Shown: positions 35,764 to 47,580 of the stretch, one piece after another | Layout of the letters: each line of letters starts with the position of its first letter | How positions within the stretch are numbered: the first letter of the stretch is position 1 | Assembly (NCBI GenBank): GCA_963787445.1 | Contig: CAWBCT010000005.1 | Location: 224,001 to 288,000 of the forward strand | Source of the DNA: an uncultured archaeon | Lineage (GTDB): Archaea; Micrarchaeota; Micrarchaeia; Micrarchaeales; CABMGC01 | DNA: 64,000 nt | Reading direction: 5' to 3' | Notes under the pieces: model-generated | Database searches by the model: none | The model's input: only the letters and a program-made list of their open reading frames with translations | What the model was told of the DNA's origin: nothing | Translations under genes and position numbers: made by a program

Positions 35764-37002
35764 TCAGACGTATTTCAGAAGCCCGTTCACGGTGCGGTAC
35801 TCGAGCTTGTCCTCCATCACCTTCACCGCCATCTCATAGAGGGAGTTGGGCTTTATCGCCTGCAGGCAGAGGTTGTTGGTGCAGCGGGACTCCTTGTGGT
35901 TATACGCCGAGATGCACGGGCTGCAGTGATAGTAGCTGTAGGCTATAACGCAGTTGCCCAGCGGGCCGTACATGGTCGGGGCGTCGGTGCTGAAGAGCGC
36001 TAGCGTCCTGGTGCCCGTGGCCGTCGCAAAATGGGCGGCGCCGCTGTCGTTTGTTATCAGAAGGTCGGACATGCTGAGCAGCTCGAAAAGGTCTGACATG
36101 ACTGGCGTGTCGCCGCAGAAGTTTGCGCACCTCTCGTCGCCCACTTTGTCAACAATATAGGATGCGGTCTCACGGTTTCCCTTGGTCCCTATCAGAAGGA
36201 CTCGCGACTTTGGATACTTCGCAATGAGCTTCCTTATCACATCGACGAAGCTGTCGCGCGGGTAATTCCTCATGCTGAGGTTCTTGCCAACGTCATGTGA
36301 AACTAGTATCAGCTTCTCTCCCGCCTTGAGGTGCGCCTTCTCCATCAACGCCTTCCTTGCGGCAGGGTTGGATTTGTAGGTCGGCACCACGAGCTCGCTG
36401 TTCTCCACCCGCCCCTTGTAGTTCGGGTACTCGTGCTCCACTTTCACTGCGGTCTTCGTGAGCCCCAGGAAGTTCTTCGCTATGTGCGTGTTCTGGTTGA
36501 ACTGGCACCGCTGGGAGTAGAAGTCCCCTTTGTACAGCCCCTCCATCTCGTAGCCCCAGAAGCCCGCCTTGAATTTTGCGCCTATCATCCCCGACATCAC
36601 GGATGAGATGCGCATGAACAGCTCATAATCTATTATCAGGTCCATCCCCTGGGCGCGCAGCCGCGCCATGGCCGAGAGGCCGGTGCGGATGAAGCTCCAC
36701 AGGTTGGTGTCGTCTATGGTGTAGATGTTCTCCTTGGGCACCAGGCCGAGCATCTCCCAGGTGCTCCTGATGCTCTTGGCGGTCAGGCAGTAGAGCTCGC
36801 ACTCCTTGACATTCTTCTTTATGTACTGCAATGAAGGATACAGCATGATGGTGGCGCCCATCTCAAACAGCTCGATCACGAGCACCTTCTTGATCCGCTT
36901 GTCACGCGGCTTGGGCACGAAAAAGTACGCTCCTGAGAGCAGCAGGCAGGCTGGGATGCCAACGACACGGTCCAGCATCCTGAGCGTGTGCGAGCTTTTC
37001 AT
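35764..37002 (-). CDS. Glycosyltransferase family 9 (heptosyltransferase-like)
   Basis: KVLVIELFEMG, DLLITNDSGAAHFATATGTRTLALF, CSPC...C...CLQAI tail. Confidence 0.85.
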   Translation of the reverse strand: MKSSHTLRMLDRVVGIPACLLLSGAYFFVPKPRDKRIKKVLVIELFEMGATIMLYPSLQYIKKNVKECELYCLTAKSIRSTWEMLGLVPKENIYTIDDTNLWSFIRTGLSAMARLRAQGMDLIIDYELFMRISSVMSGMIGAKFKAGFWGYEMEGLYKGDFYSQRCQFNQNTHIAKNFLGLTKTAVKVEHEYPNYKGRVENSELVVPTYKSNPAARKALMEKAHLKAGEKLILVSHDVGKNLSMRNYPRDSFVDVIRKLIAKYPKSRVLLIGTKGNRETASYIVDKVGDERCANFCGDTPVMSDLFELLSMSDLLITNDSGAAHFATATGTRTLALFSTDAPTMYGPLGNCVIAYSYYHCSPCISAYNHKESRCTNNLCLQAIKPNSLYEMAVKVMEDKLEYRTVNGLLKYV

Positions 37003-37108
37003 GGTTATCTTCTTTTAATTATAATCGCAGCCTTATAAGGTTTTGTGTGCCCGAATTCCGGGTTTAGACGAAGCAAAGTTGTTATATGTTCACTTCCTAT
37101 CTTTTGCC

Positions 37109-37993
37109 ATGAACCATCTGGTCATGGCCGTACCCAATGACCCGGAGCTTGCGGCGTGGATCGGCAAGAAGGGCAGCGTGAACGGCATCACTTTCTACAA
37201 CCGGAGGCTGGAGGAGACGATCCTTACCGTGCTTACGCCTACGAGCCTGGAGGATAAGTTCTACGCGCTTCCAGAGGTGATCAGCCTCGGCGGGGTGGTG
37301 GTGATAAGCACCAGGGAGATCAACGCGAACTTCGGGGAGGCGGTCATCGCGGTCGACGCTGATGAAGAAGCGCGTCATCCTGACGGACGACAACGACGTC
37401 AGCGGCATCATAGGGAAGCTGGGCCTAAAGTACGAGGTAATGAATCGGAGCGGGATGCTGGAGGCGCTGCTCAAGGCAGCAGGGAAGAGGGAAAGGGCGA
37501 GCTTAGGATAGCTATTGACAAGGCGTTTCCGGTCAAGGGAGTAGGCACAGTGCTTCTGGGAGTAGTCCAGAGCGGGATAGTCGGCGCGCATGACAAACTG
37601 TTTCTGGGCAGCGGGAAGGAGCTGCAGGTGCGCTCGATACAGGTGCAGGATGAGGACTGCCAGTCCGCGGCAGAAGGCGCGCGCGTCGGGCTTTCAGTGA
37701 AGGGGGTAGACGACAAGGACCTGGAGAAGGGGGAGGTGCTAGCAAAGCACCCGATAAAGCCGGTCGGCGAGTTTAATGCATCCCTTGCCCTGAGCCCCAT
37801 GCAAAAGGAGATCTCGGCCGAGACCCAGTACACCCTGGTGACCGGCTTCGCAGATGCGCCGTGCAAGCTCCTGAAGGAGGGAGACCGTTACGTTGTAAAG
37901 CTGGGGAAGCCCATTCAGATGGAGAAGGGCCAGCGATTCATAATCATCAGGGAGAAGAGCCCGCGCGTACTGTGCGGCGGAGAGGTTTTGTGA
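37109..37993 (+). CDS. Archaeal SelB-like (aSelBL-type) EF-Tu domain II/III protein; two compensating frameshifts at about 37355-37485
   Basis: IGKKGSVNGITFYN N-terminus; IDKAFPVKGVGTVLLG, VRSIQVQD, ARVGLSVKG; an alternative frame gives a more plausible LMKKRVILTDDNDVSGIIGKLGLKYEV segment. Confidence 0.8.
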   Translation: MNHLVMAVPNDPELAAWIGKKGSVNGITFYNRRLEETILTVLTPTSLEDKFYALPEVISLGGVVVISTREINANFGEAVIAVDADEEARHPDGRQRRQRHHREAGPKVRGNESERDAGGAAQGSREEGKGELRIAIDKAFPVKGVGTVLLGVVQSGIVGAHDKLFLGSGKELQVRSIQVQDEDCQSAAEGARVGLSVKGVDDKDLEKGEVLAKHPIKPVGEFNASLALSPMQKEISAETQYTLVTGFADAPCKLLKEGDRYVVKLGKPIQMEKGQRFIIIREKSPRVLCGGEVL

Positions 37994-37997
37994 GTCC

Positions 37998-39577
37998 ATG
38001 AGCGGAGAAGCAAAAGAAAGGGAGCGGCCTTCTGTTCAAGATTGCGCTACTAATGATTGCCTGCTATTTCGTCTACTTTGCCTTCCTCCTCGCGCACCTG
38101 TACGGCGTATTCCATGAGTACAGCGACTTCGGAATAGCGGTCACAAGCCTGTACTTCAACACCCACCTGCCGCAGATAGCGCACGGTTTGCAGCTTCTCA
38201 CCCTAGGCGAGCATCTCTCTCCAGATGCGTTGGCAATCATGGGCATGTACTACCTCGCATCCTCGCCGATAACGCTGCTGATTGTTCAGGATGCGGTAAT
38301 CTCCCTGACCGGCCTGCTGATCCTTCTGGCCGTGAGGGATCTCACCAAGAATGACGTCCTCGCCTTCGCCTTCTGCCTGGCCTTCCTGATAAATCCAGGA
38401 ACATTGGGGCAGCTGCTGTTCGACTCGCACATCGAGTTCCTGATAACTCCATTTTATGTACTCACATTATACTATTACCTCAAGGGCAGTCTCAAGGGAT
38501 TCATCATCTCCGCTATCCTACTGCTGGGCACCGCCGATGTGACGCCGTTCATAGCCCTCACCTTGGGCATTGGGCTCATTCTTTACGAATTTATCTACAA
38601 CAGGAAGAGACAGATAACACAGAGCGACGTCCGTCTCGCCGTCTTGCTTGTTGTGTTTTCGTTGGTGGCCATAGGTTTATACGCTGCAGCCACCTCGACG
38701 CTTGCGCAGAGCTATGCAACAGCGTACCCGGGACTGCCGCCTGACCTATATGTCACCAACGGCGCACAAAGCCTGATTGGCCCATCGCTTACGTCGCTGC
38801 TGCATAACCCAATCGGCCAATTGGGCGGCGAGATTAAGCCTGTACCTGACAAGCTACAAGGTCGAGCTTATTTATGCGGTACTGCTGGTGGTCTTCGCGT
38901 TCGGCCTGACCGCCATAGCCGACCCGCTGGTTGCCGTGGTGCTCTACATCCCATGGCTCGCCGGCGCATTCGTCGTCGGATTCCCCGCTTTCCTCTTCCC
39001 AACATCCCAGTACTTTGGGTATGCGGTGGGCCCGGCATTCGCAGCCTCGCTGATAGGCCTGATGATAGTCTGGAACAAGAAGGGATGGGTGTGCAACCTG
39101 CTAAAACAGGTTAAGTGGAATACTGAAAAAGTTATAATGATAACCGCGGTTGTCCTGCCGATTTTATTCTCAATCGTCGGCCCAGCGGCCTACCTGCTGG
39201 TCTCAACGCCCCTCAGCGCGTACCACAGCATAAGCACGAGCAACGTGGGCCAGCTGCTGCTCTTCGAGTCAAACTCTTCGCAGGCGGCGGCCTACGCGCA
39301 GCTATATTCTGTGCTTGCGCAGGTCCCGCCCAATGCCTCAGTCCTGACGAACTACTTCATCGTCGCGCACCTGTCCGAGCGGGGCCAGGTGGAGAATTTG
39401 GGCGCCGGGGCATACTACTTCAACCCAGACTACATCCTTGCGGACGAGAACCTGAACATAAGCAGCAATGCCTGCAATGCAGCGCTCGACAACTGCACCG
39501 AGTTGAACAGCATCATGAGCCACCGGGAACTACACCACATATTTCAGGAATGGAACCGCAGTTCTTTACAAAGCTAA
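37998..39577 (+). CDS. DUF2079-like polytopic membrane protein (possible GT-C fold), frameshifted
   Basis: SDFG, GEHLSP, LLIVQ, FDSHIE, VPPNASV...HLSER motifs spread over overlapping ORFs 38053..39114 and 38777..39577. Confidence 0.7.
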
Positions 39578-39607
39578 GTGACTTTACTTATTTGCTTGTG
39601 CAGTTTT

Positions 39608-40003
39608 TTAAATTAATCCTCTAAACAACTTCCTTATTGGACCAATTCTTTCCGTTTTGGTTTGGTTGTCACTTGTATATACCACAACCTTCACAAACGC
39701 AACATCGATGTCGGGTTTGTCGCTGATGAGTAGAGCAGATCTTGGGCTAACCATCATGGACAGAGCATCTCCTTCGTTATTGCCTACTTTAAACCATCTC
39801 CCCACAATTGAATTGAATTGGTTAGGATTTTCATTAAATGCTGCTTCGATTTCTGATTTAGTTAGCAATCTACCCCCTCGGGACTCTGCAAACTCATTTG
39901 ACTGCTTAAAATCTATGTGCATTCCGCGGGGCAACTCCCCTATTTCTATCTTTAATGCCCCAGAACTACTAATTTCTCTTCGAGCAATTGTTTTAGTTAC
40001 CAT
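39608..40003 (-). CDS. Hypothetical protein (AT-rich)
   Basis: 131-aa ATG ORF with AT-rich upstream region; no motif recognised. Confidence 0.55.
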   Translation of the reverse strand: MVTKTIARREISSSGALKIEIGELPRGMHIDFKQSNEFAESRGGRLLTKSEIEAAFNENPNQFNSIVGRWFKVGNNEGDALSMMVSPRSALLISDKPDIDVAFVKVVVYTSDNQTKTERIGPIRKLFRGLI

Positions 40004-40154
40004 ATTACCACTAAATATTATTTATGGGTTTTATGATATATATGCTTAATCTTTAGGTTGTACTTTAGTACGTATTTGATGTCTTTTTCTTACAAATCCG
40101 GTCTGTTTTTAACGCTTAAATATCTGAAAAACGATAATTTAATACAGATATTAA

Positions 40155-40841
40155 ATGGCAACTGTGGCACGCAGTAAGAGCATAATCATCGGCCCTGACG
40201 AAGGGGTAAACTTCGATGGCAGACAGACGCCAAGCGGAAGGCTGGCCGTGGAGAAGGCCGTAGAGGTCTACCGGAAGGGAAGAGGCGAGGTCATACTCTT
40301 CTCGGGTTTTGGAAACCAGCATGCTTTGGACAGGGTCAAGGTAACAGGTGCCATGGCATCAAAGCAGTACGCGATAGAGCTAGGGGTGAGACCAGAGGTC
40401 ATATGGACTGATGAGCAGGGGAAAGACGCTCTGGGCGAGGCATATTTCTGCAAGCAGGTCGTTGCGCCTATGGGTTTCCGGAAGATCACACTGGTTGCCG
40501 GGCCGTGGCATATGGAGAGGACCGCCTACGTATTTGAGATGGCTTTCGGTTCAGGTTACGATATAACGCAGGTGACATCGGACCGGAACGGCTTCCGGGA
40601 GTCAGAGATTGCAGACTTGTTTAAGGCAGAGAAGGTCTCTTTGGAGCTGTTAAAATCTTACTTTAGGGAGTTTGAAGTACAGCCTGGGGACGAGGCGGGA
40701 ATCAGAAAGGTATTCGAGAGGAAATATAAGATATACACGCCAAACCCGCAGCTCACAGAGGAGCAACAGAAGATGATCGCGGAGTTGGGGCCGTTAAGAA
40801 GGAGGGTGCCTTTGGTGAGGGAAAGTTCAGCTAGCTGGTAA
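40155..40841 (+). CDS. YdcF/DUF218 (ElyC/SanA)-family protein
   Basis: ILFSG, AIELGV, DEQGKDALGEAYF, LVAGPWHMER. Confidence 0.8.
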   Translation: MATVARSKSIIIGPDEGVNFDGRQTPSGRLAVEKAVEVYRKGRGEVILFSGFGNQHALDRVKVTGAMASKQYAIELGVRPEVIWTDEQGKDALGEAYFCKQVVAPMGFRKITLVAGPWHMERTAYVFEMAFGSGYDITQVTSDRNGFRESEIADLFKAEKVSLELLKSYFREFEVQPGDEAGIRKVFERKYKIYTPNPQLTEEQQKMIAELGPLRRRVPLVRESSASW

Positions 40842-40862
40842 GGCTAGTGCAGCTAATTTTGA

Positions 40863-41846
40863 TTAAAGCATCAGGACTTTCATGAAGTTCTTCACGTCGA
40901 AGAGCTGCACATTGTCATTGCATGCGCTGATAAACTCCGGCTCCTTGCCAGGGTTTACCGACTCAAGCTGCCGTAGATCGTACGCACCATTGTTCTGGCG
41001 TATGTTGGCGCCTAGGAAGTTCCAGTCTATCGCAGGATAGATGTTCCCGAAGTTGTCTAGAAACAGGACGCGCTTGAACGGCTTGTCCTCAAAGGCGCGC
41101 TTGCCCGTTTTTATGAAGTGCCTTAGCATCTTGAAGTACATTACCTGTGCGATGTCCAGGGCGTTTGTTGCCGGGCCCCTGCGCTTGGTGTACTCCCTAA
41201 GCTCGGTGAGCGAGAGCTCCTTGTCCGGCGCGAGGTTCGTCTGCTCATTGTAGTAATAGATGTCCGAGTTCTGGAACAGGTTTATGTGGAAGCGCTTGTA
41301 ATCGATGAACGGCAAAACCTTCTTGGCCTCCTCGATAGTCTCAATCAGGTGGCCCTGGTTCGTCTTGGTCATGGTGTAGCCGAACATGAAGTGAAAGTTC
41401 TTGTATTTCGCCTCCATCTCGCGGAACGCAGCGCCGAGCTCTGTCGCGCGCTTGAAGTGGTCCGGGATGCCGCGCTGGATTGCGTCGATTGCGGGCGGGC
41501 CATCAAGGCTGATGGTAACATAAGTGTAAGGGATCTTCAGCTGGGCTATTTCATCAAACTTCCTTAGGTAGAGCTCCTTGCCCATAAGGCTGTTTATCGT
41601 GGTGTTGTAGTACTTGATCTTGTTGTACTTCTGGAATATCTTCAGTATCTCTACGTGGTCAGACCTTAGGAACGGCTCGCCTCCGGAGAGGTCTATCCAG
41701 TTGAACTGCCCTGCGTTAGCCTTGGCGAAGTTCTCTATCTCCTCTAGCGTAAGCTCATTCTGTGGGCGGAGCTGCCAGATGTTGCAGTGAGTGCAGCGAC
41801 TCTGGCACTTCTGGGTTATGCTGAATACTATCTTCTTCATTGGCAT
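40863..41846 (-). CDS. Radical SAM protein
   Basis: CQSRCTHC, LSGGEPFLR, ISLDG; reduced C-terminal Cys content. Confidence 0.88.
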   Translation of the reverse strand: MPMKKIVFSITQKCQSRCTHCNIWQLRPQNELTLEEIENFAKANAGQFNWIDLSGGEPFLRSDHVEILKIFQKYNKIKYYNTTINSLMGKELYLRKFDEIAQLKIPYTYVTISLDGPPAIDAIQRGIPDHFKRATELGAAFREMEAKYKNFHFMFGYTMTKTNQGHLIETIEEAKKVLPFIDYKRFHINLFQNSDIYYYNEQTNLAPDKELSLTELREYTKRRGPATNALDIAQVMYFKMLRHFIKTGKRAFEDKPFKRVLFLDNFGNIYPAIDWNFLGANIRQNNGAYDLRQLESVNPGKEPEFISACNDNVQLFDVKNFMKVLML

Positions 41847-41977
41847 GCTTGATTCCCTCCTATTAATAATCACTATTCTGGTTTATAAAGCTTTCAGGAG
41901 GCCTGGTTTAGGGCATTAGAAACAATTATATTGGTACTACGGCAAGATTAAGACAAATAGAAGCAGATGCGGATTTT

Positions 41978-42994
41978 ATGAAAATTATCCAGATCGGCAT
42001 CCAGCACGGGAGATACGACAAAAACCTGTACGAGAACACAAAGGACAATGATCAGGGCATCTCCATATCGCGTATCTCGATGGGGCGTTCATCGGTACTT
42101 GGCGGGGCGCTTCCTCTGACATTCAGGACGTTGCTTAGAAGGTTCGGAGAGTATGACATAGTGCATAACCTTTCCGGGTACCCATTTTTCCCTCTGAAAA
42201 CAGGGCCCGTCTTTGCCTCAACTGCTCATGAGATGCAGGTGGTCCTGTACCCAGAGCTTACGCCGTTGCTTACAAAATCCTTCAAGGACCTCCTGTGGAA
42301 CAAACTGATAGTCGACATCGGGCTCCACACTCAGCTTGCATGCGATTACATATTCGCGAACTCGCAACTAACTGGTGAAGGTCTTGTGAAGGCGGGCTTT
42401 CCCAGGTCCAGAATATTCGTGACACCGCTTGGGGTTGACAGGAGGTTCATGACGCCGGTGAAAAAACACAAAGAGGGTAGGATATTCACGGTGGGATCGT
42501 TGGGGGGCCTTAGCGTGCAGAAGAACGCGGCACTTGCGATAGCAGGATTCAGGAAAGTGGAGGATCGTAACATAAGAATGGAGGTGTGGGGGAGGAACTA
42601 CTACGGCGATGCCCTAAATGGGATGGTCGGTGATTCTCCGCAGATAAAGGTCATGGGTCCGGCACCTGAAGATAAGCTTGTCAGCATCTACGATTCATTC
42701 GACGCGTTCATGTTTACTACGAGGTTTGACGGATTTGGGCTGCCGATACTTGAAGCGAAGGCGCGCGGGCTTCCAGTGATAGTATGGAAGCATGGGCACC
42801 TCTCACCCGAAGTAAAGCGATACTGCATTGAGGCTGAGGACGAAGAGCACATTGCACAGATTATAGAGGAGTTGAAGCAGAACGGCTACAACGAGAAGCA
42901 GAGAAAGAAGGCCATGGATGACGCAAGGAGCTTTACCTGGGAAAGAATGGCAGACCAGACGCTTAGGGCATACAAAAAGATGTACAGCGCGTGA
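41978..42994 (+). CDS. GT4 glycosyltransferase
   Basis: TPLGVD, KN, DGFGLPILEAKARGLPVI, FTWE. Confidence 0.9.
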   Translation: MKIIQIGIQHGRYDKNLYENTKDNDQGISISRISMGRSSVLGGALPLTFRTLLRRFGEYDIVHNLSGYPFFPLKTGPVFASTAHEMQVVLYPELTPLLTKSFKDLLWNKLIVDIGLHTQLACDYIFANSQLTGEGLVKAGFPRSRIFVTPLGVDRRFMTPVKKHKEGRIFTVGSLGGLSVQKNAALAIAGFRKVEDRNIRMEVWGRNYYGDALNGMVGDSPQIKVMGPAPEDKLVSIYDSFDAFMFTTRFDGFGLPILEAKARGLPVIVWKHGHLSPEVKRYCIEAEDEEHIAQIIEELKQNGYNEKQRKKAMDDARSFTWERMADQTLRAYKKMYSA

Positions 42995-43716
42995 TTACTT
43001 TTGCCTTTCAGCATAGATGAAGCCGTGCTTGTCGTACGCCTTCATTACTTCCTTCCTGACGCTGAAGCCCTTTGAGCGAAGAGTCTTCTCGACTATCTCG
43101 GCGCAATTTGGCACCTCGCCATGATATTCTATTTGAAGCAGGTATACCTCGCTAAGGTCTGCATTATTGAAGATGTAGGACTCGGCACCCTCGCAATCCG
43201 CCTTTATTGCGACCCTCTTCTTTCCTTTTAGAACCTCATTCAGAGGTATTACGGATACGCCCTTACCCTCCTTTATTTCTAATGGCGAAGTCCATGGGGT
43301 GCCTTGCGATTTCTCAGACACTGAGATCTCACCCTGCTTGTCCGAGATGGCGCTGTTAAAGAGCACTATCTTGTCGCCGTATGGGGAGAGCGCTATGTTC
43401 TTCTTCGCCTCCTGGTAGGTTGTGGTCATCATCTCGTAGGCATAGATCTTGTGCACGTTATCTGATGCCCCGAAGTATATTGCAGTGTCCCCAACATAGG
43501 CGCCTATGTCTATGATGGTTGTTCCGGGCTGAAGTTTCTTGTACATCCATAGGTACTGCTGCTCTATGAACACCTCTTTGAAGACAGAGTAGTCCAGGTA
43601 GTTTCTCCTGATCCCAGGACCGTGAAGAACTGCTCCGTTATCATGTGGGGTATCGCCAGTGTTATGAAGTTGTATATGTTCTCCGCATGCAGTTTGTCCT
43701 TCAAAGGCCTCGTCAT
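42995..43716 (-). CDS. FkbM-family methyltransferase (N-terminus frameshifted)
   Basis: IDIGAYVGD, IKADCEGAE, IEYH; likely ATG at 43716 overlapping the upstream stop. Confidence 0.8.
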
Positions 43717-44348
43717 TTCTTCACCAGTTTAGAGATCTTCCTTATGTTCTTGGTTATGTCATCGCCGTAAAATAACTCCATGTTCGGTCTATCACCGACT
43801 TGGCAGATTCCACCACTTCAGCTTCTTCAACGCATCCCTTGTCTTCTTGTCGAACCTGAAGTAAAGCAGCTTTGCAGGTGATCCGCCGTATACCCCGTAG
43901 TCCTCAAGCCTCTGCTTTGAGGTGACCAGGCTCTTCGCGCCAGCACTACGCCATCCCCTATGGTGCACCCTCCCAAGAGCATGACATCGCTGCCGATCCA
44001 GCAGTCGTTGCCTATGCTTATGTCGCCGACCACAAAAGATTGATCCGGCGAAAGTTTACGGAATCTTCGGAACGGGTAGGTGGAGATTGAATCGGCCCTG
44101 TGTCCTGAAGACATCATTATCTCGAGCCGGTGGCCTATGCTCGTGTACTTTCCGATCTTCAGGGTCTGTCCCTTGTTCGCCACAACGCTTATTATGCCCG
44201 AGTAGGTGCCCTCTAACCAGGACCCTGCAGCTGGGCTTGTCCGAGAAGTACACATAGGGCCAGCTGCCTAGCGCAGCTTGTAGCTCAGCGATTCTGAGAG
44301 TATGTGGGCTCTTCGCCTTACCGCGTCAAGGAGTTCTCTGTGGCTCAT
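43713..44348 (-). CDS. CatB/Vat-type hexapeptide O-acetyltransferase, multiply frameshifted
   Basis: KIGKYTSIG, ISTYPF, IGNDCWIGSDV, TIGDGVV. Confidence 0.75.
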
Positions 44349-44391
44349 CTTATCAGGTATGAAGTAATCGTTTTATTGCTTTATATGGCTT

Positions 44392-45302
44392 TCAGTCGGC
44401 TTCAGCAGATGCCCAGACCGGCGTGACTTCTTGAACTTGTAATCGAAGAGTATCCTGCTCAGAAGCCCGCCGCGTCCCCCGCCTCGCTCAGGCCGCCGAA
44501 GCTTCCGCTGATCTTCGAGCCTATCTTGAACTCTACGTACTTGCTGCGCGCCTCTGTGAGCATCAGTGAGAGCGAGGCATTTCGGACAATTTATGAATAT
44601 CTCATCGTGTATTTTGCCCTTGGCGAAGGTGCTGGCGATGAACTCCCGGACAGCACGAAGAAGTCCTCGGTATCGATGAACCTCTTTTCATTCTTCATGA
44701 ACAGGGATCATGCGGGGGCTTGAACGGCCCTACAGAAGCACGTAGTCGACGCCGAACCTGCAGAGCGTTTCGTAGACTTTCTTCTTGAAAGGACCCTCAA
44801 GAATGCGCAGTACTCCGAGGCTGGCTCATCTAATCAGATGTATGTAATGGCAGTGGTGTTGCTCCGGCTCCGGGTTAATCCAGACAACATCGACCTTGTC
44901 TTCTTCGGTCTTTAGCAGTTCGTCCTTGAGGATCTTGGGGTCGTCTATCTCATACATGTCATCATTCGCCACTATTATCCACTTTGGCGAGTGGCGCATG
45001 GCGGCGGCGACCCCAGGTTCGTATTATGCGCATAGTTGAATAGCGGATCGCGGCCGCTCTCGACCATCACGATATGGAATCCGGCAAAGATCTTCCTGAA
45101 GTTCTTGGCGTGCTCCCCGTTCCGGTCTATTACAGGTACCACGGCTATGATGCTCTTGTCGCCCTCGAACTCTACTACCTAGGTTCATTGTGGGTGCTCT
45201 TTTTCGAGAACTCAATCAGCTCCTGGTGGTTTTGAACTTGGAGTAGAAGGTGAATATGTCCTTAGGGTCCTTGCTGGTGTACAATACCTCGTTTTCATCC
45301 AT
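44392..45302 (-). CDS. GT2-like or hypothetical glycan-island protein, multiply frameshifted
   Basis: Manually read fragments IAVVPVID, DPLFNYAHN, KWIIVANDDMYEIDD. Confidence 0.55.
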
Positions 45303-45306
45303 TACA

Positions 45307-46431
45307 TTACTGCCTTGCTGCTTTCTTGTAAGATTTCAGTGTCTCCTTCACCACGTTCTCCCAGGTGAACCCGCGGGCCTTATGAAGCCCTTCTTTTTGA
45401 GCAGCTCGCGCTTCTTCTTGTCTTTCGACAGCTCGTAGACCTTCTTCGCCCACTCCTTGAGTCTGCGGGTTTGTCAACGAGCAACGCGGCCCCGCCTGCA
45501 GCCTCAGGGAGCGCGGATGCCCTGGAGGTTATTACAGGTGTGCCACAGGCCATCGCCTCTATTATCGGGAACCCGAGGCCTTCGTATATGGAGGGATAAA
45601 CTGAAAGAAGGGCACAGCCGTAGAGAAGCTGGAGGTCCTTGCCGTACACCCAGGTAAGTCCGATAACGTCCTTTCCTTCCTCAAGCTTCAGCTCCTTGAG
45701 CCTGGGCGCCAGCTTGACCATGTCGACGCGCGTCAATACCAATGGCATTGTGGAGTTGTACTTGTGTTTTAGTATGGACCACGCGCGCAGCATCGTGTCG
45801 GTGTTCTTGTTGGAGGCCATTCCTCCGCCAACATATATGACGTAGTCCGATGGTCCGAGCTTGTATCTCTTCCTTACGTACGCAGGACCTGTGCGTCTGT
45901 CCTTCGCGTTAACCGGGTGGAGGCTTCAACCCCAAAGTATGTGACGTCGATGCGGTTGAGCGGGAAGCCGTACTTCTCGTGGATCTCGTGGCGCTGCGTG
46001 TCGGATACGGAGATTATGCGGTCTGCAAAGCGGGCAGCGGTCCTATAGTTCAACAGCCAGTAGGCGGTCTCCTTCAGAGAGAAGTTGAAGTACTCCGAGT
46101 GGAGGCCGTGGAAGGTTGAGACCAGGGCCACCTTGCGCAGTGACTTCGGCACCAGCGGCAGCGTGTAGGCCATGGAATGGTACACGTCTATCTTGTCCCG
46201 GTCCAGCAGGTCGGTAAACAGCTTGGTTCGCCAAAGGGGATAGGAAAGGTTTACCTTTCGCACCGTATAGTTGCCGGTGAAATTGAGCTTCGGGACCTGG
46301 TTCTTGTTCACGTATATGACGTACTCGTTCTCCTTGTCATTTTTTAGCAGATGCTCAGTGAGCTCGAAGGAGTACTTGACTATGCCGCTGCCCGGCTTGA
46401 GGAAGATTCTGCCGTATAGGCCAATTTTCAT
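45307..46431 (-). CDS. GT4 glycosyltransferase, frameshifted
   Basis: STFHGL, ISVSD, YPSIYEGLGFPIIEAMACGTPVITS, FTWE tail. Confidence 0.8.
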
Positions 46432-46610
46432 CTTATTCACATTCAACAAAGTGCGCAGAAAGGCAAGTGCGCCATAATCAAATAATAAGTATGAGGCAGT
46501 ATTTATTAATTACTTCGCAATACCCGCAGTTCCGACGACTATGGTGGTTAAGTTTGTGTATAAAAAGGTTTAGTTGCTAGTTATTATCATAAAAGTGTTG
46601 GACGATTCAA

Positions 46611-47570
<960 letters not shown>

Positions 47571-47580
47571 CAGGAGTTCG

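Noticed and set aside
37109-37993. Selenocysteine insertion system
   Set aside because: No G-domain motifs, and no tRNA-Sec, SelD or credible in-frame TGA selenoprotein seen in the window.
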